Shown: positions 1-9,782 of the stretch, piece by piece
Layout of the letters: each line of letters opens with the position of its first letter
Numbering within the stretch: position 1 is the stretch's first letter
DNA from: Acidobacteriota bacterium
GTDB taxonomy: Bacteria; Acidobacteriota; UBA890; WLXD01
Assembly: GCA_963666055.2 (NCBI GenBank)
Contig: CAXWPH010000015.1
Span: 960,001-1,024,000 of the forward strand
Direction of reading: 5' to 3'
Length of the DNA stretch: 64,000 bases
Notes under the pieces: model-generated
Told to the model about the DNA's origin: nothing
What the model saw: the letters and a program-made list of their open reading frames with translations, nothing else
The model's database searches: none
Position numbers and translations under genes: made by a program

Positions 1-2
1 AA

Positions 3-614
3 GTTGGCGCGAGTGTCGCGCTCGACATCTACCAATCAGCCGGTGTCATGCCTATCGACGTCACCGGCTTGGACGTTGACTTTGCGGTGGGCGGGGTGCT
101 CAAGTGGCTCTGTGGAGGCCCGGGGGTGGCCTACCTATACACGCGCGCCGACCGTATGGCCGAGCTCGAGCCGGCGCTCACAGGGTGGTTCGCGCGTCGC
201 GAGCCGTTTGCTTTCGATCCGCACGACACGACCTACCGAGATGATGCGTGGCGGTTTCTGAACGGCACAACCCAGATCCCATCGCTATCAGCCGCGGTGC
301 CCGGACTGGATATCATCGGTCGCCTCGATCTTGCGAGCGTGCGACGTAAGTCGCACCGACAGACGCAGTTGATCATCGCGGCGGCCAGCGAGCGCGGCTG
401 GCGCGTCAACTCGCCATTGTCGACCGAGCGCCGTGGCGGGCACGTTACCGTCGATGTTCCGGACGCCGATCGTGTGGCGCAGCAGCTGATGCAGCGGCGC
501 ATAATGGTTGACTATCGGCCGGGTGCGGGCATTCGCATGGCGCCGCATTTCTACACCATGGACGCCGAGATCGAGCACGCGTTCGCAGCCATCGACGAGC
601 TCACGCGTCAGTAA
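3..614 (+). CDS. kynU: Kynureninase / class V PLP aminotransferase, C-terminal part (5' end outside window)
   Basis: PLP-lysine motif LKWLCGGPG, GWF motif, RRGGHV and IRxAPHFY C-terminal motifs typical of kynureninase. Confidence 0.75.
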   Translation, partial: VGASVALDIYQSAGVMPIDVTGLDVDFAVGGVLKWLCGGPGVAYLYTRADRMAELEPALTGWFARREPFAFDPHDTTYRDDAWRFLNGTTQIPSLSAAVPGLDIIGRLDLASVRRKSHRQTQLIIAAASERGWRVNSPLSTERRGGHVTVDVPDADRVAQQLMQRRIMVDYRPGAGIRMAPHFYTMDAEIEHAFAAIDELTRQ

Positions 615-1678
615 CCGCGCTGTCGATCGACCAGGTTGGCGAGCGGCACACCCTCGACGAAGCGGCGGTAGTTGTCGGCGAACTCTATGGTGATCGAGTC
701 GACCTCGCTGGGGCCCGCTATGTGCGGTGTAACCCACGCCCGTGGCTCGGTCCACAAGGGACTCTCTTCGGGCAGCGGCTCGTGCTCGAAAACATCCAAG
801 ATGGCCGCTCCGAGCACGCCGTCGCGCAGCGCGAGCACGAGGGCCTCTTCGTCGATGAGCGCGGCGCGCGAGACGTTGATCAATACGGCGCCCGGGCGCA
901 TCTGAGCCAGAACGCTGGCGTCGATCATGCCGCGCGACTCCTGCGTCAGCGGTAGGGTCAGCACCAGCGCGTCGCAGGCCGGCACCATTTGCCGCCAGTT
1001 TCGCGCGTCGTAAACATGACTGACATGCGGTACCGGCCGGGCGGTGCGACACACGCCCGAGATCTCGGCGCCAAAAGCAGCGAGCCGCTCGGCGACAACC
1101 TGCCCGATCGATCCGAGCCCTATCACCCCGACATGGGAATCCTTGAGTAGCGGGCGTGGCTGGCCGTTCCACACGCCGCGATCCTGATCGCGCCGGTAGT
1201 CCTCAATGGCAATGAACTGATGCAGCAGGTACCCGACCACGTACTCCGCAATCTGATCTCCGAAACGCCCCAACGACCGGGTTAGCTGGACGCTCGCCGA
1301 GAGGTCGTCGCGGCCGAGCAGGCCGTCAACACCAGCTCCCATGACGTGAATCCACTCCAGCGCCTGGAGCTGACCAAGCGCGCCCGGCGGTGGGGCCCAT
1401 GTGAGCAAGGCTCGCGCCTGGGAGGTTTTCACTCGGCCGGGGCCGGAGCGCACTTCCACAGGTACGCCGGGAAGCCGCTGCATGAGCGCCTTGCGATAAT
1501 CCTCAGCCCTGGAATGCCATACGAGGATCGGAGCAATCTGCTCGACGTCTGGCTGTAACCTGGCAACGTTTTCGTCGGTTGGTGTCAACTGTTTGCTCCT
1601 TGCTCGAGCCGATGATAGCGTAGCTAGCCTTGCCGCCGGTGTCTTCCCGATCTCACCCACCCGCGTCGGAGGATCCAC
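608..1678 (-). CDS. D-2-hydroxyacid dehydrogenase (GhrA-like); true start probably downstream of 1678
   Basis: GLGSIG Rossmann motif, LINVSR, LDVFEHEPL, TPHIAG. Confidence 0.85.
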   Translation of the reverse strand: MDPPTRVGEIGKTPAARLATLSSARARSKQLTPTDENVARLQPDVEQIAPILVWHSRAEDYRKALMQRLPGVPVEVRSGPGRVKTSQARALLTWAPPPGALGQLQALEWIHVMGAGVDGLLGRDDLSASVQLTRSLGRFGDQIAEYVVGYLLHQFIAIEDYRRDQDRGVWNGQPRPLLKDSHVGVIGLGSIGQVVAERLAAFGAEISGVCRTARPVPHVSHVYDARNWRQMVPACDALVLTLPLTQESRGMIDASVLAQMRPGAVLINVSRAALIDEEALVLALRDGVLGAAILDVFEHEPLPEESPLWTEPRAWVTPHIAGPSEVDSITIEFADNYRRFVEGVPLANLVDRQRGY

Positions 1679-1680
1679 GA

Positions 1681-2019
1681 ATGAAGTTCAACGAGCGTCG
1701 CATCGACGAGGTGGTCGTCATCGACCTGAGCGGCAAGCTCACCCTCGGCTCAGGCGATGTGCAGCTGCGCCAGATCATCCGTGACCTTCTCGACCGTGGC
1801 GAGAAGAAGATCGTGCTCAACCTGGATAAAGTTGGCTACATGGACAGCGCCGGTGTGGGCGAGTTGGTGGCGAGCTTCACCACCGCGCAGAGCCAAGATG
1901 CCAAGATGAAGCTGCTGAACCTGACCGCGAAGATTCGCGACTTGTTACAGTTTACGCAGCTGATATCCGTGTTCGAGAGCCATACCGACGAGGCGGAAGC
2001 GGTAGCGAGCTTCGACTAG
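1681..2019 (+). CDS. Anti-sigma factor antagonist (STAS domain)
   Basis: VVIDLSGKLTLG...YMDSAGVGEL phospho-serine motif; ATG 1681 after GGAGG. Confidence 0.9.
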   Translation: MKFNERRIDEVVVIDLSGKLTLGSGDVQLRQIIRDLLDRGEKKIVLNLDKVGYMDSAGVGELVASFTTAQSQDAKMKLLNLTAKIRDLLQFTQLISVFESHTDEAEAVASFD

Positions 2020-2122
2020 AGGTTTGACGTCGTCGGCGCGACGCTGACCAGGTCTCGCTCAGTAGCCGCCGCAGGGGGCGGGTTCGAATGGCTGGCGGAG
2101 GCTCATCAGACGGGGGCAGGCG

Positions 2123-3025
2123 ATGCACGAGTTTCGGCTGACGCCGTCGGCGCCGTTCGGATTTGAGACCACTGCCATGTTCATGTCCCCGGGGGCGGGG
2201 GAGGTGGTCGATGTCTTCGACGGCAAGCGCTTCACTCGGCTCGTCGACGTTAGCGGCCGCATGCGCCTCGTGCTGGTCAGCAGCTTGGGTACCGGGCAGC
2301 GTCCGGAGCTGATCGTCACCCTGATGAACGGCACCGAGCGCGACGAGCCCGGCGTAGTAGCGCTGTTGTCGCGGATGATGGGCATGGGCTTCGATCCGGG
2401 CCCGTTCTACAAGCTCTGCCGCCAGGACCAGGGCCTGTACGGGCTCTCCTCCGACTTTTACGGCCTACGCCCGACCCAGAGGATGCACCCGTTCGAGTCC
2501 ATCACGCTAGCGGTAGCGAGTCGTCCCGGGCTGCATTTTTTCCGCGCCAGCGTTTCCAAGGTTGCCGAGGTCGTGAGCTACCGCGTGGCGTACGCTGGCG
2601 ATACGTTCTTCGCTTTTCCGACGCCGCGCGTGGTTGCTAAGGTAACGCCGGAGGAGATGGTGCAGTCGAACTTCAGCCTGGAACAGGCTCGCCAGCTGCA
2701 CACCATCGCTCAGGCTGCGATGAGCGGCCAGTTGGATATGATCGCGCTGGCTCGCGCCCCGTTGGAGACGTTGGTCGACCGCCTGGCTGTGTACGACGGC
2801 ATTGGCCTGTTGGGGGCCCAACTCACCGCTATCATCGGTTACGGTCGGCTGGATTGCTTTCCCTCCGCCGACCTCCTGTTGCTCGAGTGGCTGGGGCGTA
2901 ACTATGGATCCGGGACGTCATTTGAGCCCTTCGAGGCCGAGCAATGGGCCGAGGGCTGGGGCAACTATCGTGGCCTGGTAGCGTTCCATATCTACGCCGA
3001 GCTGATGGCGAAAGGTCGCCTTTGA
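2123..3025 (+). CDS. DNA-3-methyladenine glycosylase II (AlkA-like, HhH-GPD)
   Basis: PFE motif, FPTP, GIG HhH motif, FPSAD, terminal WGNYRG. Confidence 0.8.
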   Translation: MHEFRLTPSAPFGFETTAMFMSPGAGEVVDVFDGKRFTRLVDVSGRMRLVLVSSLGTGQRPELIVTLMNGTERDEPGVVALLSRMMGMGFDPGPFYKLCRQDQGLYGLSSDFYGLRPTQRMHPFESITLAVASRPGLHFFRASVSKVAEVVSYRVAYAGDTFFAFPTPRVVAKVTPEEMVQSNFSLEQARQLHTIAQAAMSGQLDMIALARAPLETLVDRLAVYDGIGLLGAQLTAIIGYGRLDCFPSADLLLLEWLGRNYGSGTSFEPFEAEQWAEGWGNYRGLVAFHIYAELMAKGRL

Positions 3026-3543
3026 TGGCGCGCACCCAGCCGGGACGTGGTCGCGCCGGGCGTTCGAGCGCCGTGCAGACAGCCGTCGATGCGTTCCGAG
3101 AATACCTCGGTCAGCAGGGGCTCCGGTTCACCCATGAGCGTGAGGAGGTGCTCAGCGAGTTTCTGCAGCTCGATACGCACGTGGAGGCTGAGGAGCTTCT
3201 CCTTCGGCTACGCGCAGCAGGATCGGCAGTGTCGCGTGCGACGATCTACCGCACGCTCGACTTGCTGGTACAGGCCGGACTAGGTCGCAAGGTTCGGCTC
3301 GGCACAGACCACTACTACTACGAGCACGTTCTCGGAGCGCGACAGCACGAGCACATGATCTGTGTCGACTGCGGCAAGATCATCGAGTGGTTCGATCGGG
3401 CGCTAGACGAGGTGTTGGAAAGGAACCTCCGGCGTCAGCGGTTCGTGGCTACTCGCTACACCGTGCAGGTATTCGGTTACTGCGACGACTGCGCGCCGCG
3501 CGAGGCGAGCGCTTCGAGCTCGGAGCGCAGCCACCGGATATAG
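3025..3543 (+). CDS. Fur-family transcriptional regulator
   Basis: VSRATIYRTLDLL helix, HEHMICVDCG and GYCDDC zinc motifs; TGATG overlap with the upstream gene. Confidence 0.9.
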   Translation: MARTQPGRGRAGRSSAVQTAVDAFREYLGQQGLRFTHEREEVLSEFLQLDTHVEAEELLLRLRAAGSAVSRATIYRTLDLLVQAGLGRKVRLGTDHYYYEHVLGARQHEHMICVDCGKIIEWFDRALDEVLERNLRRQRFVATRYTVQVFGYCDDCAPREASASSSERSHRI

Positions 3544-4070
3544 GTCCGATGGTGGGGCCGTCTGTCGATTGCGCGCCAGCACAATGTCGCAACCTCCCCA
3601 CGGACACGACTCCAGTTTCGCCGCAGAAGCGTCGGGAGCGGTAGGTAGCACGGCTCCTCGTCGAGAAAGAGGGCGTCGCGTGCCAGTGTCCAAATGTCGC
3701 ACTGCACTTCGCCATGCGGCACCAACCCCAGTCCCTGCAGCAAGTGCGTGAGCTCGTGAGCCACTGTGTAGTGCGATGGCAGGCGGCGACGCAGATCGAA
3801 GCGAACGATCATGTCCTCGAATACCGCAATCCCATCGGCGCAACGCGTAATGCCGATCGTGACGGTGTGATCGTCGAGCTCCGGAAACCGCAGCAGGCAG
3901 CGCTCGAGGCGCTTCAAGAGCGCGTCGGCGCGCCTATGCTGCACCAGAGGGCGGGTGGGGCGTGCTCGGGCGCCGAAGAGCGATAGTTGGGATGTCACTT
4001 TGGAACCGTCATCGCGCAGTTGGGGGGGCCGCATTGCATCCTGGCCGGCGGCATTACAGGATCCTCCCAT
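3477..4070 (-). CDS. Hypothetical protein with HExxH zinc-binding motif (start uncertain)
   Basis: VAHELTHLLQ motif; plausible composition; 3' end overlaps the fur 3' end. Confidence 0.55.
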   Translation of the reverse strand: MGGSCNAAGQDAMRPPQLRDDGSKVTSQLSLFGARARPTRPLVQHRRADALLKRLERCLLRFPELDDHTVTIGITRCADGIAVFEDMIVRFDLRRRLPSHYTVAHELTHLLQGLGLVPHGEVQCDIWTLARDALFLDEEPCYLPLPTLLRRNWSRVRGEVATLCWRAIDRRPHHRTYIRWLRSELEALASRGAQSSQ

Positions 4071-4098
4071 ACGGAGCTAGCCTACCGGAGGCACGTGA

Positions 4099-5097
4099 GT
4101 GCGTCGTCTGATTCTGTTCGCTCTTGCCGCCATCGCCGTCTCGGCCTGTCAGAACTGGGATCTGTTGCGGCCGATGGACGCCGACGGAGAGGCTGGCCGT
4201 GCCTTCACCCGCCTGGGTCCGGCGAGCCGGGTACCGCTGACCAACGCGGTCGCCTTGCGACGCCTCGAGCGCATTGCAGCGGTGAATGGCGGTGAGCGCC
4301 TGGAGCTCGTAGAAGGCTTTCTCGACGAGTTTCCGGAGGCGAGGATGTTTGGCCGCGTCCATGAGCTCAGGGGCGAAGCGCATCTCGCCGTCGGTGACCA
4401 CGAGGCAGCCGCGGGCGCTTTCGAACGAGCGCTGATGCTTACCCGAACAGACCTTCTGGGCATCCCGATCGAGAGCTCCCTTCCGTTGCAGTTAGGGCTG
4501 GCGATGGCCAGCTCTGGGAACCTGGCAGGTGGCGCCACGATGCTGCTGCGCGCCAGCGTCGCTGATCACGGCGAGCGACTCGACCGGGCGCTGCGCTGGG
4601 CGTACTCGACCGACTCTTCGAGCGCAGCGAGTTTCGAGGAATGGTTGCAGCGAGGGCGTGATCGCGTTGCCCTGACCGCACCCGATTTCTCGCTGCCTGG
4701 GCTCCAGCAGCCGAAGGTTGAGCTGCGCTCGGCGCTTGACGGGGCGACCCTGCTGAACTTCTGGTCGCCGACCTGACTGGCGTGCCGTGAGGAGTTCCCT
4801 CACCTTGACGCCATCTACCGCGACCTGTCGTCTGAGGGATTGGCGATCATCGCCATCGATGTTTCCAACGATGTCGAGCGGACGCGCCAGTTCTACGACG
4901 AGAACGGCTTCTTCATTCCGGCCGCGTTCGACCCCGGACAGGAGATTTCCGCGGGCTCATATGGTGTCATCGCCACGCCGACGAACTATCTGCTGGATCA
5001 GCGTGGACGCATCGTTTGGCGGCACTATGGGTACAAGCGTGGCGACGAGGCCGATGTGCGACGTGAGATCGAAGAAGTGCTCGCCAAGGCGGACTGA
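4099..5097 (+). CDS. Selenocysteine-containing TlpA/thioredoxin-like lipoprotein (UxxC; Sec TGA at 4774-4776)
   Basis: Lipobox VSAC; APDFSLP...LLNFWSPT-TGA-LACREEFPHL aligns with TlpA NFWASWCxxC; the frame continues to YGVIATPTNYLLDQRGRIVWRHYG. Confidence 0.85.
4779..4812 (+). promoter_or_regulatory. Putative bacterial SECIS hairpin
   Basis: GGCGT/ACGCC lower stem and GTGAGG/CCTCAC upper stem with loop AGTTC, immediately 3' of the in-frame TGA. Confidence 0.65.
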
Positions 5098-5113
5098 GGC
5101 GGTGGTCCTCGAC

Positions 5114-7462
5114 TCAGGCCCTACGGCGTTGCCGGCGCCGGTTGCGCCTCTCTTCGAGGCGCATCTCTTCGATAATCACGAAGAATGCGTCGACCAGATC
5201 CTCGTTCCACTCGGCGCCACGGCCATCGGCGATGATGCCACGCGCGACCTCATGGGTGAACGCCGGGCGGTAGCTGCGGTCCGAGGTCAGCGCGTGCCAT
5301 ACGTCACAGAGCGAGATGATCTGGGAGCCGACCGGAATATCGTTGCCCGCCAGCCCGTGTGGATACCCGGTACCATCCCAGCGTTCGTGGTGATGTAGCA
5401 CTAGGGGGACGACGTCCTTCAGTGCTGGAAGTGGCTTGAGGATCTGCGCGCCGATCTCCGGGTGCTGCTCGATCTGCATGCGCTCACGTGTCGATAGAGC
5501 CCCGGGCTTCTTCAGGATCTCGTCGGGGATCCCGACTTTGCCGATGTCGTGTACAAGCGCACCCACCTCTACAGCGAGTGCATCGCGTTCGGCAAGGTCG
5601 ACCGCCGCGCAGAGTCGGCGGGTCAGGTCGGATACCTCCAACGAATGCATGCGCGTGTAGCTGTCCTTCGACTCCACCGCTTCCATCAGCGCCCGCAACG
5701 ATTGCTGCACGGCGGTGCTGTCGAGCTCCTGCTCCTCGCTGCGGAGCATGTTGTCGAGAACCTGGCGCAGCGCGTTGCCCTCCCCGGGTATCAGCCGCCG
5801 CGCGTTTACAGAGATCATTGCCTGGTACACGCGATCGTCGCTCTCATCGCCGGCCACACCGACGGAGTAGATCTGGCTGCCGCCCTCGCTCTTGGCGACG
5901 TACATAGCGCGATCTGCCGCGTCCATGAAGCGATCGGCCACGTCGCCGTCTTCTGGGAATGTCGCGACGCCGATCGACACCTGTACGGCACACGGGATCT
6001 CTTCAGGCAGGTCCTCGAGCAGGATTAACAGGCGCTCGGAGCGCGCGATGGCGGCCTTCTTGTCGAGCGGCACGAGCGCGAAGAACTCGTCGCCGCCGTA
6101 GCGACAGATCGACTGGGCCATGGGTAATGCCCGCGAGAGCCGCTGGCCGACCTGTCTAATAACCTCGTTACCGATGACGTGCCCGTGGTGATCGTTGATG
6201 GTCTTGAGGTTGTCGATATCGACCATCACGAGCGACAGTGGTTTCGGCCGCTCCTTCTGAGCGTGCTCGACTAACGCCGCGTCGAGCTCCTGGCGGAACG
6301 TGGAGAAGTTCAGAAGTCCCGTGAGTCCGTCCAGGCGCGTCCGCCGTCGCATCTCCTCGACGAGGTCACAACCCTGCAGGTAGCCGGCCACCATCAAGGC
6401 GGCGGCCTTGCAGAAAGTTCTATCCTCCTCTTGCAAGGTGAAGTCCGCACGGGCGTCACGCAGAAAGAAAGCTCCCGCCACAACCTCGTTGTGCATCACT
6501 GGAACCACGAACCAGCTGCGGTACCGGTGTGGTGTCGGAAGATGGCCGCGCACCTTTTCCCAGAGCTTCGAGGGTTCGTTGGGGTGCAACTCCGTGATCT
6601 CACCTGAGGAGAGTGTTTCCTCGAGCTCCGGATAGTGCCGCAGAGCCAGTAGCAGCTGGACGCTCTGTTCCGCGTCCTCGGAACAGGCGGCGAGGTAGGC
6701 GTGTCGGTCTCCTTCATTGAAGATCAGCGTCGAACATCGTTCGGCGCGCACTGTTTCGCGCAGCTTCATGTTCACCGAATGCAGCACGCCTTGCGGGTCG
6801 CCGGATGACAGCGCCAGCTGGCCGATTTCCAGTAGGGCCTTGGCGCGGTCTCGCTCCGACGCCACCTGACGGTAGCGATGCGCCATCTTGGTGTTGGCGT
6901 CGGTGATGCGGTTGTATCGGTGTTGCTCCCGACGTGCCTCGACGGAGATCGTGCCGAAGAACAGGCCAACGCCAAATAGGAACGGCAGGCGGATGAGCAA
7001 ATCAGTTTGCCGCCACAACAGGCTGCCTTGCCCGGCATACATCAAGCCGAAATAGACGCAGCAAACCAGTATGGTGGCGACCACGGTATAGCCGAACTGG
7101 CTGCTGATTCCGGCGATGATCAGCACCAAGAAGAAGAACAGGAAGAAGTCGTTCGTCGACTCACCGGTAAACGCCACCGCGACGGTTACGAGGGTAAGGT
7201 CGGCGAGCGTGATCGGCCAACGCAAGCGCTCCCAACGACCAGAGCGCACCGCAAGGCCGTAGCAAGAAAGGCTGGCCATCAAGGCCGCCACCATGGCGAT
7301 CTGTTGCCACAGTGCCACCGGTTGGCCGTTGCCATAGAGCACCAAATAGGCCGCGCCGATCAGCACGGTGCAGCGCGTCATGACGACGCCAGCCTGCTGG
7401 CCATCTTTGGCCACATCGGACGCTTTCACCGCACGGCCTTCGGTGTCGACACTGTGACTCAA
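5114..7462 (-). CDS. Membrane-bound GAF-GGDEF-HD-GYP cyclic-di-GMP enzyme
   Basis: N-terminal TM helices, GAF-like segment, DGLTGL...RYGGDEF, HDIGK...HHERWDGTGYP. Confidence 0.9.
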   Translation of the reverse strand: MSHSVDTEGRAVKASDVAKDGQQAGVVMTRCTVLIGAAYLVLYGNGQPVALWQQIAMVAALMASLSCYGLAVRSGRWERLRWPITLADLTLVTVAVAFTGESTNDFFLFFFLVLIIAGISSQFGYTVVATILVCCVYFGLMYAGQGSLLWRQTDLLIRLPFLFGVGLFFGTISVEARREQHRYNRITDANTKMAHRYRQVASERDRAKALLEIGQLALSSGDPQGVLHSVNMKLRETVRAERCSTLIFNEGDRHAYLAACSEDAEQSVQLLLALRHYPELEETLSSGEITELHPNEPSKLWEKVRGHLPTPHRYRSWFVVPVMHNEVVAGAFFLRDARADFTLQEEDRTFCKAAALMVAGYLQGCDLVEEMRRRTRLDGLTGLLNFSTFRQELDAALVEHAQKERPKPLSLVMVDIDNLKTINDHHGHVIGNEVIRQVGQRLSRALPMAQSICRYGGDEFFALVPLDKKAAIARSERLLILLEDLPEEIPCAVQVSIGVATFPEDGDVADRFMDAADRAMYVAKSEGGSQIYSVGVAGDESDDRVYQAMISVNARRLIPGEGNALRQVLDNMLRSEEQELDSTAVQQSLRALMEAVESKDSYTRMHSLEVSDLTRRLCAAVDLAERDALAVEVGALVHDIGKVGIPDEILKKPGALSTRERMQIEQHPEIGAQILKPLPALKDVVPLVLHHHERWDGTGYPHGLAGNDIPVGSQIISLCDVWHALTSDRSYRPAFTHEVARGIIADGRGAEWNEDLVDAFFVIIEEMRLEERRNRRRQRRRA

Positions 7463-7660
7463 AGAAAACCTCTATTAGATATTAAAACATATTATTAATT
7501 ATCTTAGATCGTAATAATGTATTAATAAAACAATATAAGTCAATAATCTTATTTCAAACACGTAATATCATGTTTATGACCACGTTTGGCCACACGGATG
7601 GGAGCGCCTGCTGTTGGGTAGGCATGTTGCTCGGGCTCCCGGCCGCCGGGGCATCGCCTG

Positions 7661-7732
7661 CGTCAGGCTGCCTTGCATCTGACCCCCAACTCGCCGCAAC
7701 CAGGCCCGCAACACTTCCACCACGGCCTGCTA
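7661..7732 (+). repeat. Dispersed intergenic repeat, copy 1
   Basis: CAACTCGCCGCAACCAGGCCCGCAACACTTCCACCACGGCCTGCTA. Confidence 0.8.
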
Positions 7733-7859
7733 TGGGATACTTCCGGCTCCTGGAGCTTGTCCACCCCGTCTTCCGCCAGCGACGTGCCGCCCCGATCGAG
7801 TGTCTTGAGTTTGTGCTCTGCCGCCATTGACCGGCTGGGCTGTTCGGCGCCACGAGTGA

Positions 7860-9191
7860 ATGGCTCCCGACAGTAAGGGGCAGACCCCGGCGGACGCGGC
7901 GGGGCGCGAGACCTTCTCGTCCGGCTGGGGAATGGTCTTTGCCCTGCTGGGGGTGTCGATCGGCCTCGGCAACTTCTGGCGCTTCCCTTACATGATGGGC
8001 ATGTTCGGCGGAGGTGCGTTTCTGGCGATCTACCTGCTCATCGTCATCGTTGTGGGTGTTCCGGCGCTGCTCGCCGAGCTCACGCTGGGGCGGGCTACAG
8101 GGCGGGGGCCGGTCGAGGCGTTGGTTCGTGCCGGGATGCCGGCCGGGCAGCAGATCGGGCAGTTGTTGTTCATCGGCGTCGCGATGGCGATGACCTATTA
8201 CCTCGTCGTGCTGGGGTGGTTGCTGGCCTACCTCGTGATGTCATTGGGCTGGGCCGTCGGCTTCAACGAGCTCTCGACCGAGACCTTCGTCGCCCTGCAC
8301 GCCCGATGGCCGGTACAGATGCTGTGTTCGACGCTGGTTGGTGCGGCGGCGGCGGCGGTCGTATCCAGGGGCGTTCGGCAGGGTATCGAGCGCATCAGTA
8401 GCTTTGTCTTGCCGGTGTTTGGTGTGCTCACCCTCGGTCTGGTCGCGTGGTCGCTGTCGCTGCCGGGGGCGGCAGAGGGCTTCCGCTATCTGTTTACCTT
8501 CGACTGGCGGGCGCTTACACCGTTGGCGGTGATGGCCGCGGTTGGGCAGGCGTACTTTTCTCTCGGACTCGGTGGCACGTTCTTGGTGATCTACGGTTCC
8601 TATCTGCCTCCCGACGCGCCGTTGCCCCGGCGAGCGATCACCACCGCGGCAGGTGACGTCGCGGCCAGCATCCTGGCGGCGTTGGTAGTGATACCGGTCG
8701 CGTTCGCTTACGGCCTGTCACCGGCGACCGGTCCGCCGCTGCTCTTCGCCGCCATGCCGGCCGCCTTCGCCGCCATGCCGGCCGGACCCGTCTTCGGCGT
8801 TCTGTTTTTCCTCGGCCTCCTGTGTATCGCCTTCCTGTCCGGTGTAGCCGCGGTCGAAGTGCTGGTTGGGTCATTGGTCGACTCTCGTGGCTGGAGCCGC
8901 GGCCGTTCAGCGTGGGCGATCTCGGCGTTGCTCGTGGTGGCGGGGCTGCCGGCGATGCTGTCGCTCGACTACATCGTCTGGAGCGACCTCTTGTGGGGTT
9001 CGACGATGCAACCGGTGGGCAGCGTAGCCGCCGTCGTGGCCCTGGCCTGGGGACTGGGCTTGCCGGCGGTACGCCGACAGTTGGAACAGTCGGGCTCGGT
9101 GCCGCGGTGGATCAACGCGTGGTTCTTCTGGGTGCGATACGTGGTCCCGGTGGCGGTCCTGTTGACGCTATTCTCTGGCTGGCTGGGTTAG
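7860..9191 (+). CDS. Sodium-dependent transporter (NSS/SNF family)
   Basis: IGLGNFWRFPY, GGGAFL, GQAYFSLGLG, YGSY motifs. Confidence 0.92.
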   Translation: MAPDSKGQTPADAAGRETFSSGWGMVFALLGVSIGLGNFWRFPYMMGMFGGGAFLAIYLLIVIVVGVPALLAELTLGRATGRGPVEALVRAGMPAGQQIGQLLFIGVAMAMTYYLVVLGWLLAYLVMSLGWAVGFNELSTETFVALHARWPVQMLCSTLVGAAAAAVVSRGVRQGIERISSFVLPVFGVLTLGLVAWSLSLPGAAEGFRYLFTFDWRALTPLAVMAAVGQAYFSLGLGGTFLVIYGSYLPPDAPLPRRAITTAAGDVAASILAALVVIPVAFAYGLSPATGPPLLFAAMPAAFAAMPAGPVFGVLFFLGLLCIAFLSGVAAVEVLVGSLVDSRGWSRGRSAWAISALLVVAGLPAMLSLDYIVWSDLLWGSTMQPVGSVAAVVALAWGLGLPAVRRQLEQSGSVPRWINAWFFWVRYVVPVAVLLTLFSGWLG

Positions 9192-9197
9192 TGTCCT

Positions 9198-9782
9198 GTG
9201 CACGTACTGGTTCTTGATAACTACGATTCCTTCACCTGGAACCTGGTGCAGATGATGTCCGCGCAGGGGGCCGAATGCACCGTGTACCGGTCAGACGCCG
9301 TCACGCTCGATGAAGTCGAGGCCTTGCAGCCGGACCGCATCGTGTTATCACCGGGTCCTTTCGGCCCGGACCGGACCGGCGTCTGTCCCGAGGTGGTCGC
9401 CGGCCTGTCTAGGCGAGTGCCCACCCTCGGCGTATGCCTGGGAATGCAGGTCATCGCGGTCGCGGCGGGCGCTCGGGTGAAGGCCTCGGGCCTACCGATG
9501 CACGGTAAGAGACGTCTGGTTCGCCATCGCGGCGCCGGGGTGCTACGCGGGCTGCCAAGCCCGTTGCTAGTGGGCCTCTACCACTCGCTGGTGGTTGATC
9601 CGAGCAGCGTCGGTCACGGCTTGGAGGTTACGGCGACCAGTGACTGCGGGGGCATCATCATGGGATGCCGGATGGTTGATCGGCCGGCCGAGGGCGTGCT
9701 CTTTCACCCCGAGTCGTTCCTAACCGACGCGGGCGATCGCATGCTCGCGAACTTCCTGGACGGGGCGGGTGTGGTCGGATAG
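9198..9782 (+). CDS. pabA: Aminodeoxychorismate/anthranilate synthase glutamine amidotransferase subunit
   Basis: DNYDSFTWNL, SPGP, GVCLGMQ, YHSL, FHPES. Confidence 0.88.
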   Translation: MHVLVLDNYDSFTWNLVQMMSAQGAECTVYRSDAVTLDEVEALQPDRIVLSPGPFGPDRTGVCPEVVAGLSRRVPTLGVCLGMQVIAVAAGARVKASGLPMHGKRRLVRHRGAGVLRGLPSPLLVGLYHSLVVDPSSVGHGLEVTATSDCGGIIMGCRMVDRPAEGVLFHPESFLTDAGDRMLANFLDGAGVVG

